From Poseidonia sp. (GTDB lineage Archaea > Thermoplasmatota > Poseidoniia > Poseidoniales > Poseidoniaceae): a stretch of DNA of 64,000 nt. Below, one piece after another: positions 28,831-38,816 of this stretch (position 1 is the stretch's first letter; each line of letters opens with the position of its first letter). Where the stretch lies: positions 32,001 through 96,000 of the forward strand of contig CBFIDD010000001.1 of the NCBI GenBank assembly GCA_965661285.1. Reading direction: 5' to 3'. The notes beneath the pieces were generated by a model. That model worked only from the letters and a program-made list of their open reading frames with translations, was not told the origin of the DNA and did not search any database. The position numbers and the translations under genes were made by a program.

Positions 28831-31800
28831 TCACAGTTGGTTCAATCGGTCGAGGTATTGCTGACCGTAGTAATTCCACTGCTCCATGGACCACCCTGCT
28901 GGCAAGCCACTTGCTGGCAACGGTGGGCCAACAGGGGCTGCCACGGGAGCCGCCACAGGGGCCGGGGTCGGAGCGACTGCCGCAACGGGTGCAACAGTGG
29001 CGACAGGCGCCATGGCTGAGGCAGGTTGCTGGAACAATTCCTGAGCCCCGCCGTACATCGAGTTGGCCACGGTGTCGTGAACGGGAAGCGTGGCTTCGTT
29101 CCACTTGAGTTCCTCGGTCTGACCGCTGCCACCTCGCATGAACATCAATCCAAGGAGGGCGGCCACGATGAGGACGCCAATGATGATGAGGATGAGGTTC
29201 ATGTTCAATCCGGGTCCTTCCTCTGCACTCGATCCTTGGACTTCATCCACCGGGCAATCAGCGCGTGTATCTTCACACGCACCATCAAACTTGGTGTTAA
29301 GTTCCATCAAACGGGCTTCAAGGCTCGCTTGGTCATCGGCGTTGGCTGGGTCCTCAAGTTGTGCTTCAATCTCTTCAATGTCGGTGATGAGGTCAGCTAC
29401 GTACCACTCGAGCAAGGCATCGTCCATCTCGGCAGGCTCAGGCAGCGCTTCGGTGGTCAACCACTTGGTGGTCTCACCGGTCTTGTATTCCTGACCAGCA
29501 TCGTCAACCGCTCGCACGGTCAAACCGATGTAGTCCATGTTGCGCATGCCGTTGACACGTGCATAGCCTCCATCACCGTAGGATGAGGGGATGTTCATCT
29601 CTTGTGTCCATCCGGTATTGGAGCGGGACATGTCGAGGTCGTATTCCCAGAATCCGTCGCAGGTACCGGACAACTCGTTGCACAGAGACCATGTGACCGA
29701 CACGACGGTGAAGGTGGGTGCTGATTCTGTCAGCGCAAACGAGGCGGTTGGGGTTTGGGTTTCGTATGTGTCAACCATGTCAACGTAGAGATGACCCGAG
29801 CCGTCGTCTGTCGTGGACACATAGAACGGCACGGAATCGAAGACGTTCACGATGATTTGGTAGCTGTTGGTTGCATATCCATCGGTCGTAGAGATGGTCA
29901 CTGTTTGGACACCAACCTCCTCGAAGTTGAGAATCAAGTCGCCGGTCACCAAACGGGCGGAACCGGTTTCGGTCGACTGAGGGTTGTTCACCCAGTAGGT
30001 TCCCTGGGGGCTGTCAACATCGGAAAGACGGCTGTTGAGGTTGATCACCTTCTGACGGTTGGTCTTCAGGGAGAATTCCTCGATGTCGGTCAGGTCAAGA
30101 CGGGGAGCATCGTTGATGGGGTTCACTCGGAGGGTGATGGTCTGGTCGGAGAATTGCTCGCCATCGCTTGCTCGCAATGTGACCACGGTTTCACCGTTCA
30201 CGTCGTCGTCGACCGTTTCGAAGCCAAGATTTTGGCCGCGTAGTTCAACATCGAAGACTTCGGGGTTTGAGTTGCTCATGATCTGGAGCGAGAGGGTACT
30301 GGTGTCAACTTCTGCCCCTACATCGTCGGTATCGGAGAGGTATTCAGAGAGCGAGAGCACACCGCTACCGCCTTCATCAACGACCTGAACGGGGAGGCCT
30401 TCCCATCGTGGCTGACCGTTTTCGATGATGTTGAACAGCAACGTACCGTAGGGAAGTTCCCCGTCATTGGTGTAATCGCCGCCGTCATCAACCTTGATTT
30501 CAATGCCTTTCTGACCCAGCGGGCATTTTTGCTGGAGGTCGTCGTAGGCGAAGAGGACCTCAATTTCCTCACTCGCAGGGTGCCACGCCACAAAGTTGGG
30601 GCTGTTTGAAGTGATGGTGAGGTCTCCCAACGGGGTTTCGGGGTCCGAAACGTGGCCGTCCATGCTCACCTTGGTGCTGATGTCGCACATCACGGTTGGA
30701 ACGGGATCAGCAACGATGAGCGGGCGTCCATTGGCGAGTTCAAACATGTCGCTGACAACCGACCAATCACTTGTTTGGCCTCGACTATCAACGGCTCGTG
30801 AACGAACATCGTAGTCGCCGGCCACCATGGTCATGCTGGGGTAGATGATGTGCTCTCGACCTTCCTGAGGCGAGTCGCGATAGAGCACGTTTTCACCACC
30901 GGAAACGATGCTACCGTCCCAGTTGTTTTGGCCTGCGGGGGACACCTCGACCTCAAACATCATGCTGTCAATGGTGTCAACATTGTCGTTGGCATCGCCC
31001 TTGGCAAGAACGGAGACATAGTCGCCCCGCTCCACCACGTCAGAACCGAGGACTTGAGGCGTTTTGACAAGCGGGGTGCGGTCGTGGTCAACGCCGATTT
31101 CTTGGACGTTATTGCTGGACGCCATATCGCCGGTGATGCCCACAAGGCGAGCCCCGAAGTTGGTGGACCAGACGTTGCTTGGCAGGTTTGAGGTGTCGAA
31201 GGTAGCCGTACCGGTCAAGAAAGAAGAGCCGGGAGCGACATTGAGTGTTGGGATGGACACGGTATCGATGGCCGTGGTTGTGGCGCCGTTCTTGTAGAAG
31301 AATTCGAGCGAACCGCCGCTGGTGTAGTCAAGGTCGCCGGTGTTTTTGACATCAACTTGGAGTGTCACCGTGTCGCCACGGACGTATGAATCGGTGCCCT
31401 GATCGTTGGTCACTGTGAGTCCAGAGACACCGATGTCCATCTTGGGGCCCATGGTTGAATCGATGGCGTGGTAAACGTGAGGGCTGCTACCGCCAACGGA
31501 AACTTGGTTGCCGCTCATGAGAGCAGCCACGACGACGGCTTTGTTGATGCCGCCGGGGACGACGGAGGTGGGGACCGAGGTCCAGGTCTCGGTGGCTTCC
31601 GCCGAGGAGACGGAGACGCTGTGGAAAGCGGAGCCGGTTCCTGCGCCCTTTGACTTGTAGGTGTCACCAGCGGTGAGCCAAGCCATCCAGCAGTTGTAGC
31701 CGTGAGGAATACCCGAGGAGTAGGAGTAGCCGGTGCAGTCCTTGTCAACAAGAGCAGCGTAGAGCTTCATGTTGGAAGCGGGGGAACCTGAACCCTTGTA

Positions 31801-32343
31801 CTTGTAGGAGATGCTGATGTCGTAGTTGCCACCGTTCTGGGAAACGGCTGCAGACATGCCGTAATCGTTCACGGTGCTGTGCATGCCGCCGCCGCTTGAG
31901 AACTGGCTGTCATAGGTGTCGTAATTGGCCGATGCACCACTTTGTCGCTTGTCAGTGCGGTCGCCGAAGTAGGCATCTGGAGCACCGCCAGTGGTCCAGG
32001 CCCAGTTGTAAGGGGCGACATTGCCTGCACGGGCCGTATTCGTTTGTCCGAAGGAGGCCGACATGTAGGTGATGTAGACATACTCGTCGGGGTGGTTCTG
32101 CTTGATGGCGTGGTGCGCATCAGAGCCACCGCCCGTCTTCGAGCAGTGACCGCAGTTATCCGAGGAGATGTACTGCCCAAAGACAACGTGTCCCGGGCTG
32201 GTGGCTTGCGAGGGGTTGAGGACGACGGGATCTTCTTCGAGTTCAACGGCGGGTTGATACAATTCAGCCATCATTCCAGAAGCAAGACTGCCGAGGAAAA
32301 CGGCAACAATGACCAAGGCGAGGCTACGCGAGGCGGTGTTCAT
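28831..32343 (-). CDS. large secreted, membrane-anchored protein: thioredoxin/Omp28-like CxxC domain, Ig/CARDB/cadherin-like repeats, TM and GLPxGW tail
   Basis: Signal peptide MNTASRSLALVIVAVFLG; SSDNCGHCSK; VKNTGDL and INDAPRL Ig-like motifs; TM LILIIIGVLIVAALLGLMFM; tail LPASGLPAGWSMEQWNYYGQQYL. Confidence 0.85.
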   Translation of the reverse strand: MNTASRSLALVIVAVFLGSLASGMMAELYQPAVELEEDPVVLNPSQATSPGHVVFGQYISSDNCGHCSKTGGGSDAHHAIKQNHPDEYVYITYMSASFGQTNTARAGNVAPYNWAWTTGGAPDAYFGDRTDKRQSGASANYDTYDSQFSSGGGMHSTVNDYGMSAAVSQNGGNYDISISYKYKGSGSPASNMKLYAALVDKDCTGYSYSSGIPHGYNCWMAWLTAGDTYKSKGAGTGSAFHSVSVSSAEATETWTSVPTSVVPGGINKAVVVAALMSGNQVSVGGSSPHVYHAIDSTMGPKMDIGVSGLTVTNDQGTDSYVRGDTVTLQVDVKNTGDLDYTSGGSLEFFYKNGATTTAIDTVSIPTLNVAPGSSFLTGTATFDTSNLPSNVWSTNFGARLVGITGDMASSNNVQEIGVDHDRTPLVKTPQVLGSDVVERGDYVSVLAKGDANDNVDTIDSMMFEVEVSPAGQNNWDGSIVSGGENVLYRDSPQEGREHIIYPSMTMVAGDYDVRSRAVDSRGQTSDWSVVSDMFELANGRPLIVADPVPTVMCDISTKVSMDGHVSDPETPLGDLTITSNSPNFVAWHPASEEIEVLFAYDDLQQKCPLGQKGIEIKVDDGGDYTNDGELPYGTLLFNIIENGQPRWEGLPVQVVDEGGSGVLSLSEYLSDTDDVGAEVDTSTLSLQIMSNSNPEVFDVELRGQNLGFETVDDDVNGETVVTLRASDGEQFSDQTITLRVNPINDAPRLDLTDIEEFSLKTNRQKVINLNSRLSDVDSPQGTYWVNNPQSTETGSARLVTGDLILNFEEVGVQTVTISTTDGYATNSYQIIVNVFDSVPFYVSTTDDGSGHLYVDMVDTYETQTPTASFALTESAPTFTVVSVTWSLCNELSGTCDGFWEYDLDMSRSNTGWTQEMNIPSSYGDGGYARVNGMRNMDYIGLTVRAVDDAGQEYKTGETTKWLTTEALPEPAEMDDALLEWYVADLITDIEEIEAQLEDPANADDQASLEARLMELNTKFDGACEDTRADCPVDEVQGSSAEEGPGLNMNLILIIIGVLIVAALLGLMFMRGGSGQTEELKWNEATLPVHDTVANSMYGGAQELFQQPASAMAPVATVAPVAAVAPTPAPVAAPVAAPVGPPLPASGLPAGWSMEQWNYYGQQYLDRLNQL

Positions 32344-32475
32344 GTTATTATGTCGGCATGGTAGGTATATGAAATAACCCCCCCCGTGTCCAAACAAAAA
32401 GTGGCGTGAACCAGCGCAGTCTGCGATTAATAGCCTTGAGGAGAACCTTAACATCAACCGCTCCATCCGGCGCCT

Positions 32476-33261
32476 GTGTCTTCTCCAGATTGGGCCGTGG
32501 TCAGCGAAGAAAATGGGAAAACCTACGTTTTTGAATTCTCGGACAAACCGCTGAAAGTCAAGGGCCTGGGCGTGTTCAACCCGTACAATACCCTCAACGG
32601 CCTCTCGGTGGGCGAGCAAACCACCATCGGTCAGAAAGAAGTTCGCCGTCTCCCGCCCCGCCTCCCAGAATTGAGCCGTGGCATGGTGCGTCGGGCGCAG
32701 ACCATCGGCAGCAAGGATGCAGGCTTCTTCATCGCCCGATTGGGTCTCGGCCCGGGGGACGTTGTCCTTGAAGCCGGCATTGGAAGCGGCGGTCTGTCCA
32801 TGTACATCCAACGGGTGCTTGGGAGCAGCGGCACACACGTGACCGTTGAGCCGCGCACGGAGCATGCTGAAGTGGCGCTTGAAAACCTCCGCAGAGCCGC
32901 GGGATGCTGGGATGAAACACCCCGCCACCACCACATCGAAGGCACCGTGGAGGAGAGCGTTGCCAGCATCACCGACCTTACGGATGGGTTTCACGCCATC
33001 GTCCTTGATTTGCCCGAACATCCCTCCGCCATCAAGGCCACAGCCGACCTGCTTCTGCCAGGTGGCCGCCTCGCCTGTTACTGCCCCGTCAGTTCGCAAC
33101 TTGAACGAGCGTGGGAAACCTGTGAGGCAGAAGGCCTGACCGTGGAATGGGCGGGTGAGTTGATGGAACGTGAATGGGGACGTGCCTCGAAAGGCGGGAT
33201 GCGACCGGTCAACGGACCCTTCGGCCACACGGCGTTTTTACTCGTGGCTCAGCGAGCGTGA
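32476..33261 (+). CDS. trmI: tRNA (adenine-N1)-methyltransferase (m1A57/58)
   Basis: RRAQTIGSKD, VLEAGIGSGGLS, AIVLDLPE and GHTAFL motifs. Confidence 0.9.
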   Translation: MSSPDWAVVSEENGKTYVFEFSDKPLKVKGLGVFNPYNTLNGLSVGEQTTIGQKEVRRLPPRLPELSRGMVRRAQTIGSKDAGFFIARLGLGPGDVVLEAGIGSGGLSMYIQRVLGSSGTHVTVEPRTEHAEVALENLRRAAGCWDETPRHHHIEGTVEESVASITDLTDGFHAIVLDLPEHPSAIKATADLLLPGGRLACYCPVSSQLERAWETCEAEGLTVEWAGELMEREWGRASKGGMRPVNGPFGHTAFLLVAQRA

Positions 33262-36200
33262 TCACTCGACCACACGTATCTTGTTCTCACACTGCGGGCA
33301 AGAGAAACGGAACGGCGGTGTGCTTCCACGAGGAACGCCCAGGCGTGCGTCGCAGGAAGGGCAGTTCACCTTGGAGTCGCCGTCCATGCGGCATTCGTTG
33401 TAGCCAAGTTCCGGGACGTCTTTCTCTTCTTCCGCTTCTTCCTCCTCCACATCGTCGCCCCCCAGTTCTTCTTCCTTGGGCGAACGACGGCGGAGAAGTT
33501 GGATGGCCACGATGGCCACAAGCCACCCGGCGCCCATGAGGCCCAAGGTTGCGGGTTGACTCACACTGACACCCAAGGGCAAAGCAAGACCGTTGGGGGG
33601 TAGAGCAGGCCCCTCGATGGAGACAGGGAGCGGAATTGATTCATCGGTGGTCAACACGCCGCCGCCTGTGGATGTGGCCCGAACCGTCAGTTCCGTGGCG
33701 GCCGTTCGTGCTGTGTTGGAGACGACCGTGAGTTGGAAATCCACGCTGGAACCCGGCGTGAGCGCGTAATCGGTGGTCGCTTCTCCATCGCTCAGACGTT
33801 CCCAAACCAACACCACCAATCCGGTGTCCTGTCCGAAAGCATCGAGGGTTCCCGTGACGTCGGCGTTCCCGAGATTTTGAACCGTCAAGATGGTCGTGGT
33901 CGAACTGTCAACGCCAAGCGACAAACGACCGTCCACAAAGGAGACCGCCACCAGCGAATCGCCCGGCCAGTCTGCTTCTACCGTGTACAGCGTGCTGTAT
34001 TCAACGACCACATTGCTGCGCACCGTACTCACGGCGCGGAAGGTGAGCGCACGCTGTCCCGCATCGGCATCGTTAGGGACGACACACGACCAACCAAGCG
34101 GTTCTGAGGCGAGCCCAGCAGGAACGGTCACCGAAAGGTCGAGACCGCAATCAACGCCAACGGTTGAAATCGAGAAGGTGTCCTCCGTATTGCCGGTGTT
34201 GGTCAATCGCAGGGTTCCGTACACCGACCCGCTGGGGGCGGCGGTGCTGACATCCGTGAGCACCGACAGGTTGGCCGAGGCCGAAACGGGCTGAATCGTC
34301 ATGGCGACTTCATCGTGCACCGCTGCGTTGGTGGTCGACACAACGCGGAGCGTGTAGACCACGCCGATGTCGGGTGCACCGCTGCTGACCTCACGCACGT
34401 CGACAGAAATCGATTGCGTCGAACCGGAACTGAGTTGGAAGGTGGTCGGGGAAATGGTGAATTCAAACCAGTCTCCCTGGCTTTCCGTCGTCCATTCCAC
34501 GAGGTACACATCGCCGTTCGTCCCAAGGTTGGTGGCTTCAACCACCGAAGAGGAAACCGAAGCGGGGCCAGCCAGAAGACGTTGTTGTACGGTGTTGACG
34601 ACGATTTCTTCCCGCTCAACGACCACGACTTCAAATTCATAGGCGACGCTCATCGAGCCTGATGTGTAGGTGAGGACGGCAGAAGAGGAACCCGGTGTTG
34701 CGCTGTTGGATGCGCTCAGCGTCAAGACGACGGCCTGTTGTTCGTTGCGATCCAGGCCAAACGCTTCGATGTCAAAGTCGACATCCACCGCAGATGGAAG
34801 ACCCGAAAGGGCCGGGGTGAGCGAGAGGTTTGACGTGCCGGTGTTCTCGAGCACAACGGTGTGGGTGGCGGTCGCACCCGGGGTCACCAACACTCTGGTG
34901 TCGCTGGGAGGTAGGATGTTCAGCCCGTCAACCTCGAGGAGATGAATGTCCACATCGAGTTGGGAGGTTTGTCCGCTGTAGGCGGTGGAGAACGTTTGTT
35001 GCAGCATCCCTGAAAGCGATGCATCACCCTTGGTGTTCACCGTCCAGGTGCCGGCCCCGCCGGCAGCAACCGTGATGCCCGAGGCAGAAACAAGCACCGT
35101 TGTTAGGCCCGCTGATTCGACGATATCAAGGAAGAAGGTGGCTTCGTCGCTGCCGTGGTTGTTGAGGCGAATTTCGTAATTCGCACCCGTGTTGGGAACG
35201 ATGTCAACGGTGGCCATCGGCCCTGCAAGTGCGAAGCTGACGTTTTCGTCAATCTCGACGTTGAAAGTCAATTCATCAAGAACCATTGAGGCGTCTTCGA
35301 CGTCGTAATGGGCGGTCAACACCATGGGACAGGTGGCTGAACCGTCGGCGTTCTCCGAGACATCAACCATGATCTCAACTTCACCCACCGCGCCCGGTTG
35401 AAGGTCGAGCAGTTGTGGCGTGACGAGCGAGGACGTGCAGGGTGTGGAGGCGACCGTCGAAGGCATGTCGAGGGTCCAATCAAGGTCAAGGGGAGCATTT
35501 CCTGTGTTGGTGACCTGAACCGCTGTTGTGGTGCTTGCACCCGGGAGGAAAACATCGTCTTGGCGGAGGAAGGCCGTGGAAAGCGAGGGTTCCGCCTCAA
35601 CCCCGACCACGATGATGGTGGAAGAGGTGATGTTTCCGTTGGTCGAACCGATGGTGAGACGGAAACCGTAGAAATCTGGTGCGGCATCGGAAGGAACGGT
35701 GATCGAAAGGGTGGCCGGCTCGCCGTCTCCCGCCGGAATGTTGGCCAGTTCGTCATCCTGCCACTGGATGTACCATCCTTGTGGAATGGAGGAACCAAGA
35801 CCAAACGCTGCCGTGCCCGAAACTTCCCACGGGTAGTAGGACATACCGGCTGTCTGGTTGAACACCGTGTCATCAGCGGCTTGCTGCAGGGCGAGTTTCA
35901 CGTTGGCGTTCAGGTTCACCGTATCGTTTGAACCCACGCAGGTTTCTCCGGTGGTGCTGGAATGGAAGACACAAGCTGCGAGGTAGGACCCTGAAAGGGA
36001 GGGGTGGCTGCCGTCTGCAGCGTAGAGGTCGTAAAACAGATTGCCCGAGGCGGTGGGGTCGTCGCCATCAGCAACCACGTCATCGTGGACCGTTTTGTAG
36101 GCCAATCCCACGGGAGCAATCCATACGCTGTTGCCCGCGTTGGAGATGTTCTCGGCGTAGCGTGTGTAGCCCTCGGTCAGTCGAGCCTGCATGGACGTGA

Positions 36201-37269
36201 AGTTGTTGTTGAAACTGTTGAGGCTGTCGCCGTCGCGGTACCCCCATGTCATGAACAGCACGGTTTCAGCACCTTCGTCTTCGATGGCGTTGCTGATGTT
36301 AACCGATGCGTTCTTGCTTTGCTGCCACATCAATTCTGTGGTCGGGAACGAGGGGACCTGGCTTTGGTCTTGAAGGATGACGTAATCCCAGTTTGAGCCT
36401 CGCAGCGTGGTGTTCCATTGATGTCCGGAAGTGTTCACGTTTTGCCAGTGTGCAGGGAGCTTCATCCCCCCGGCGGTAACCGATTGGACGGTGGCGTTGT
36501 AGCCGTCTGCGTCCATGATGCCTTCAACCACGGACGCCAAATTGTTGGCGTTGGTGTAACTGTTCCCCATCATCATCACCGAAACCGAAGCAGTGGTGGT
36601 GTTGGTCGTGCCGTTGGTGCCGTTGGAGTTCCCTTCGTCGTCATCGCTTGAGTTTCCGGAGGAATTCTCAGAGGAACTGTTGGTGTGGTTCGCCCACCAT
36701 GCGGCCAGGTCGGGTTGAACTTCGACATCGAGAAGGAAGGTGTCGGTGACCGAACCCAAATTTTGTGCGTTGAAACTCACGTTGGTGCTTTCACCGGCCG
36801 CCAAGGACAGCAGTGGAGAGCCCGAAACGCTCAACGAGGGATGGTAAGCGGGAGCGACCGAGACAAGTACGGTGAGAAACGTTGAGACACCTGCGTCCGG
36901 CTCCGTGACGTTGACAACAAAGGAACCGCTGTCCGCCACCGTCGCACCCTCTGTCAGACGAACGACGAGCGTGGTGTTCTTTGACCACGTCGGGAACACA
37001 TTGGACACCGTGGTTTCAACCGGTTGAACACTCCACGGTGATGCGAGGCCTGCCAAATCAACACTCACGTTATAGGATTCGATGGCTGAGGCGTTGTTTT
37101 CAATGGTGAGCGTGATGTTGGTGGTCTGTCCCGGTTCAAGGACGACGTGTTGCATGTCAACCGTCAGCAGGATGGAGTCGTCCGCCGCGACTGGCATCAC
37201 GAGGGGCGTGAGGCTCATGGCCATCAAGACGAGAACACAGAACACAGCACGGCCTGCACGGCTGGACAT
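33262..37269 (-). CDS. large anchored surface protein: NEW3/CARDB-like Ig repeats with an inserted SGNH hydrolase domain and a C-terminal TM plus Zn ribbon
   Basis: Repeated xNxGN..DxF Ig motifs; SGNH blocks MGNSYT, GGMKL, WDYVILQDQSQ and DGSHPS; tail CPSC...CPQC. Confidence 0.87.
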   Translation of the reverse strand: MSSRAGRAVFCVLVLMAMSLTPLVMPVAADDSILLTVDMQHVVLEPGQTTNITLTIENNASAIESYNVSVDLAGLASPWSVQPVETTVSNVFPTWSKNTTLVVRLTEGATVADSGSFVVNVTEPDAGVSTFLTVLVSVAPAYHPSLSVSGSPLLSLAAGESTNVSFNAQNLGSVTDTFLLDVEVQPDLAAWWANHTNSSSENSSGNSSDDDEGNSNGTNGTTNTTTASVSVMMMGNSYTNANNLASVVEGIMDADGYNATVQSVTAGGMKLPAHWQNVNTSGHQWNTTLRGSNWDYVILQDQSQVPSFPTTELMWQQSKNASVNISNAIEDEGAETVLFMTWGYRDGDSLNSFNNNFTSMQARLTEGYTRYAENISNAGNSVWIAPVGLAYKTVHDDVVADGDDPTASGNLFYDLYAADGSHPSLSGSYLAACVFHSSTTGETCVGSNDTVNLNANVKLALQQAADDTVFNQTAGMSYYPWEVSGTAAFGLGSSIPQGWYIQWQDDELANIPAGDGEPATLSITVPSDAAPDFYGFRLTIGSTNGNITSSTIIVVGVEAEPSLSTAFLRQDDVFLPGASTTTAVQVTNTGNAPLDLDWTLDMPSTVASTPCTSSLVTPQLLDLQPGAVGEVEIMVDVSENADGSATCPMVLTAHYDVEDASMVLDELTFNVEIDENVSFALAGPMATVDIVPNTGANYEIRLNNHGSDEATFFLDIVESAGLTTVLVSASGITVAAGGAGTWTVNTKGDASLSGMLQQTFSTAYSGQTSQLDVDIHLLEVDGLNILPPSDTRVLVTPGATATHTVVLENTGTSNLSLTPALSGLPSAVDVDFDIEAFGLDRNEQQAVVLTLSASNSATPGSSSAVLTYTSGSMSVAYEFEVVVVEREEIVVNTVQQRLLAGPASVSSSVVEATNLGTNGDVYLVEWTTESQGDWFEFTISPTTFQLSSGSTQSISVDVREVSSGAPDIGVVYTLRVVSTTNAAVHDEVAMTIQPVSASANLSVLTDVSTAAPSGSVYGTLRLTNTGNTEDTFSISTVGVDCGLDLSVTVPAGLASEPLGWSCVVPNDADAGQRALTFRAVSTVRSNVVVEYSTLYTVEADWPGDSLVAVSFVDGRLSLGVDSSTTTILTVQNLGNADVTGTLDAFGQDTGLVVLVWERLSDGEATTDYALTPGSSVDFQLTVVSNTARTAATELTVRATSTGGGVLTTDESIPLPVSIEGPALPPNGLALPLGVSVSQPATLGLMGAGWLVAIVAIQLLRRRSPKEEELGGDDVEEEEAEEEKDVPELGYNECRMDGDSKVNCPSCDARLGVPRGSTPPFRFSCPQCENKIRVVE

Positions 37270-37391
37270 GCACCAACCAAAGCGGCACTGTTCAAGAGAC
37301 TTCGGGCCACCAGCACCCGCTTCGCTTGTGCTTTGAATGGACCAGCCACGCCCGGCGAATGGTTCATGTTCTGTGCCTCAACCCCCGTGGC

Positions 37392-38798
37392 ATGACCACA
37401 TGGGTTCCAACCGCCTACCGCACGCACACGCTGGGTGAATTGCAGACACACGGAGCAGACCTTATCGACGCCGAAGTCACCGTGATTGGCTTTATGGAGG
37501 CCAACCGAGGAAAGGGGGCCATTTGTTTTGTTGACCTTCGGGACGGTACGGGAAAAACCCAGGTGTTCCTCAAGGCGGACAATGTTGGCGAAGAGGCCCT
37601 TGACACCGTTCAGCGGATGACACGAGAGTCCACCCTCCAATTCACCGGAACCGTCGCCCTCAAGCGGCCGCCCAAGGTGAAGGAAGGGGAACCAACGCCC
37701 CCTCCCGCTTACGAAGTGTTGGCGACGTCCGTCCACGTCATCGCTCGAGCCGAAGCCCCGCTCCCGTTGGGCGTCACCGACACCGTCAAGGTCGAACTTG
37801 ATACGCGGCTCGACAACCGATTCCTCGACTTGCGTCGAGCCCACGTGAACGCCATGTTCCGATTGCGTGGAAAGGTTCTGCAGTACGGACGTGAGCACCT
37901 CATCACCGAGGGCTTTGTTGAAACACACACGCCAAAAATCGTCGCCACCGCCACCGAAGGAGGAGCGGATTTGTTCCCCATGCAATACTTCGACCGCCCC
38001 GCCTTCCTGAACCAGTCCCCGCAGTTGTTCAAGCAACTCTGCATGAGCGGAGGCTTGGAGCGGGTCTTTGAAATTGGACCTGCGTTCCGAGCGGAGAAGA
38101 GCGACACCTACCGCCACTTGGCTGAGTTCATCTCGTTTGATATTGAGTGTTCGTGGGCCAACGACGACGACGTGATGGGTGTGCTCGAGCGTATGCTCCA
38201 CCACATCTGGAAATCCGTGGCAGAGGACGAAGAGTCGCAGCGCCTCATCGCCACCATCAACGCCTTCCGAGCAGAACAGGGCGAAGAACTGGTCGAGATC
38301 ATCGTCCCCGAATTGCCCTTCCCTCGGGTGGAGTACGACGACGCCATTCGCATCATCAAAGAAAAAGGCGGAAGCATCGAATGGGGCGATGACATCGACG
38401 CTGAAAATTCCGACCTCCTGGCCCAAGATCTGCCCCAATTCTACTTCCTGCCGCGTTGGCCCATGTCCCTCAAGCCGTTTTACATCCACCAAATCGAAGG
38501 TGAAATTGGGAGCACGGGCGAGCAACTCTCTCGAGGCTTTGACCTCAATTTCGGCAGGGACGAGATGACCTCGGGCGGCCAGCGAGAGCACCGCATCGAT
38601 GTGTTGGTTGAGAACCTCCGCAACATGGATTTGGACCCTGAGGAATTCGAGTTCTACGTGGCTGGATTCCGCCACGGTGTACCGCCTCACGCCGGGTGGG
38701 GCCTCGGTGTTGAACGTATTCTGATGAAACTCACCGGAGCCAAGAACGTTCGAGAAACGGTACTCTTCCCACGAGACCTACGCCGCTATTGCCCCTGA
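37392..38798 (+). CDS. aspS: aspartate--tRNA ligase (archaeal type)
   Basis: FVDLRDGTG, RLDNRFLDLR, ATEGGADLF, LNQSPQLFKQ, FRAEKSDTYRHLAEF, SGGQREH and GWGLGVER motifs. Confidence 0.96.
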   Translation: MTTWVPTAYRTHTLGELQTHGADLIDAEVTVIGFMEANRGKGAICFVDLRDGTGKTQVFLKADNVGEEALDTVQRMTRESTLQFTGTVALKRPPKVKEGEPTPPPAYEVLATSVHVIARAEAPLPLGVTDTVKVELDTRLDNRFLDLRRAHVNAMFRLRGKVLQYGREHLITEGFVETHTPKIVATATEGGADLFPMQYFDRPAFLNQSPQLFKQLCMSGGLERVFEIGPAFRAEKSDTYRHLAEFISFDIECSWANDDDVMGVLERMLHHIWKSVAEDEESQRLIATINAFRAEQGEELVEIIVPELPFPRVEYDDAIRIIKEKGGSIEWGDDIDAENSDLLAQDLPQFYFLPRWPMSLKPFYIHQIEGEIGSTGEQLSRGFDLNFGRDEMTSGGQREHRIDVLVENLRNMDLDPEEFEFYVAGFRHGVPPHAGWGLGVERILMKLTGAKNVRETVLFPRDLRRYCP

Positions 38799-38816
38799 GG
38801 GTCAACGGGACCTGAA

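Noticed and set aside
32344-33228. N-terminal 295 aa extension of the 1465 aa ORF
   Set aside because: It is the antisense shadow of trmI; the real start is the signal peptide at 32343.
37224-38690. 488 aa minus-strand ORF, and similar long ORFs at 10471-11856, 15179-16423, 17933-19264 and 26763-27827
   Set aside because: These are in-register antisense ORFs of well-supported genes, expected in GC-rich DNA with biased codon use.
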